Source: Ruminococcus bromii
Lineage (GTDB): Bacteria > Bacillota > Clostridia > Oscillospirales > Ruminococcaceae
Length of the DNA stretch: 64,000 nt
Reading direction: 5' to 3'
Assembly (NCBI GenBank): GCA_963590855.1
Contig: CAVAQT010000001.1
Location: 66,364-130,363 of the forward strand
Positions 62,917-64,000 of this stretch are shown here, in pieces. Each line of letters opens with the position of its first letter. Positions within the stretch are counted from its first letter, which is position 1. Made by a program: the position numbers and the translations under genes. Below the pieces are notes generated by a model that did no database searches, was not told where the DNA came from, and saw only the letters and a program-made list of their open reading frames with translations.

Positions 62917-64000
62917 TTAATTCTCATTTTCCTGCGCTTCCAGGATCAGCAGCAGCTGTTCCTTTGCCTCCTGGATGGTACAGCCCTTCAGCTGAGTCGC
63001 CGCCATGGTCTGGTGACCGCCGCCGCCCAGCTGTTCCATGATGACCTGCACGTTCACATTGCCCATAGAGCGTGCGGAGATCCCCACGCCGGTCTCTTCC
63101 AGATACAGCACAAAGGATGCCTCTACGCCCTGGATACTCAGCAGCTCATCCGCCGCCTGGGATGCCAGCACACGGGCATTTTTATCCTGGAGCTTCACCG
63201 CGGAAATGGCGTTGTTCCGGTACAGCTCCGCGTGCGCCACGATCTGGGCGCGCATGGAGTACATGGAAATGGTGTTGGAGAACAGCGCCTTGACCTGCAC
63301 GGTGTCCGCGCCGATCTTCCGCAGATACGCCGCCGCCTCGAATGTCCGCACGCCGGTGCGCATGACAAAGTTCTTGGTGTCCAGCATAATGCCGGCGAGG
63401 AGCGCGTCTGCATACGCCGCGGAAATCTCGGTATCCAGCCGGAAATACTGGATGATCTCCGTCACCATTTCCGATGCAGAGGACGCATAGGGCTCGTGGT
63501 GAAAGATCACCGCGTTTTCGATGAAGTTCACGTTCTTCCGGTGGTGATCGATGACGATGACATACCGCGCCGCGTGGTACAAGTCCACGCTCTCCAGAAT
63601 ATCCTTGTTGTGGGTGTCGGCAATAATCAGCAGGCTATTGTCCGTCACCTGTGCCAGAGCGTCCACCGGTTCGATGAACTGCGGGCCGTCCGGACACTGC
63701 TGCATCCGCTCGATGAGCTGGGTGGCGAGACAGCTCTGCCGGTTCACCACCACATACGCCGGCTTCTGCATGAGCCGCACCGCACCGGCAAGGCCGCAGG
63801 CAGAGCCAACGGAGTCCAGGTCGCCGAAGCGGTGTCCCATGAGGAATACCTGGTCGGAGTTTTCGATGAGTTCCTGCATGGCGAGGGCAATGGAGCGAAT
63901 CTTGGTCTTGGACTTCTTCTCGACGCCCTTCGACGCGCCGCCAAAGAAGCAGAAGCCGTTTTCCGTCTTGACTGCCGCCTGGTCGCCGCCCCGTCCCAGC
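62917..64000 (-). CDS. gdpP: GdpP-like DHH/DHHA1 phosphodiesterase, C-terminal part (gene continues beyond window)
   Basis: DHH motifs (HRFGDLDSVGSA, VIDHH) and DHHA1 GGGGH. The frame stays open from 63879 to the window edge and reads ...LGRGGDQAAVK, as at the end of the degenerate GGDEF domain of GdpP. gdpP-rplI-dnaB synteny. Confidence 0.8.
   Translation of the reverse strand, partial: LGRGGDQAAVKTENGFCFFGGASKGVEKKSKTKIRSIALAMQELIENSDQVFLMGHRFGDLDSVGSACGLAGAVRLMQKPAYVVVNRQSCLATQLIERMQQCPDGPQFIEPVDALAQVTDNSLLIIADTHNKDILESVDLYHAARYVIVIDHHRKNVNFIENAVIFHHEPYASSASEMVTEIIQYFRLDTEISAAYADALLAGIMLDTKNFVMRTGVRTFEAAAYLRKIGADTVQVKALFSNTISMYSMRAQIVAHAELYRNNAISAVKLQDKNARVLASQAADELLSIQGVEASFVLYLEETGVGISARSMGNVNVQVIMEQLGGGGHQTMAATQLKGCTIQEAKEQLLLILEAQENEN

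Noticed and set aside
1-64000. rRNA, tRNA, tmRNA, transposase, integrase, restriction-modification, CRISPR-Cas or other recognisable defence genes.
   Set aside because: I recognised none while reading both strands. Intergenic regions are short or are explained by promoters, terminators, leaders or the repeat families described. A tRNAscan/Rfam pass would be needed to be certain.

Overview
This is a GC-rich Clostridia-type chromosomal segment. Protein sequences and synteny look Oscillospiraceae/Ruminococcaceae (Faecalibacterium-like), but that is inference only. Most of it is core housekeeping DNA, largely on the minus strand: an ABC exporter, gltX, the rimP-nusA-ylxR-ylxQ-infB-rbfA-nrnA-truB-ribF operon, fba, glgB, nnrD, pheST behind a T-box-like leader, deoD, ogt, a reverse rubrerythrin, a Fur-family regulator, cyclophilin, recD2-mreB, two tandem hsp20 paralogues behind a CIRCE operator, asnB, two ftsH paralogues, luxS, tilS, dnaB, rplI and the 3' part of gdpP. 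Accessory content is a cell-surface cluster (GH25 muramidase, class B sortase, BspA-type LRR protein with C-terminal dockerin, ECF sigma/anti-sigma), a second LRR-dockerin protein, a large Sel1-repeat protein, a Wzz-like protein, a GT-C-like membrane protein and an orphan phage-type small gene. I recognised no rRNA, tRNA, CRISPR array, transposase or integrase. The best candidate for something undescribed is the 16.04-16.48 kb intergenic region. There, a 28-codon hydrophobic peptide gene, too short for the ORF track, has a consensus promoter and a perfect SD. It is faced by two tandem minus-strand sRNA-like units, each with a consensus promoter, a ~25-nt seed complementary to the peptide's SD/start region, and a covarying terminator hairpin. 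This is a type I toxin-antitoxin-like architecture. Other points worth a second look are an A14/T14 tract forming the promoter spacer of the LRR-dockerin gene (possible phase variation), a family of mosaic multi-hairpin repeats at four or more sites with compensatory stem changes, iteron-like repeats inside the phage-type gene, and several unannotated small membrane-peptide ORFs. All calls come from reading the sequence and recalled family motifs; no searches were run. Coordinates of promoters, RNA ends and trimmed starts are predictions.
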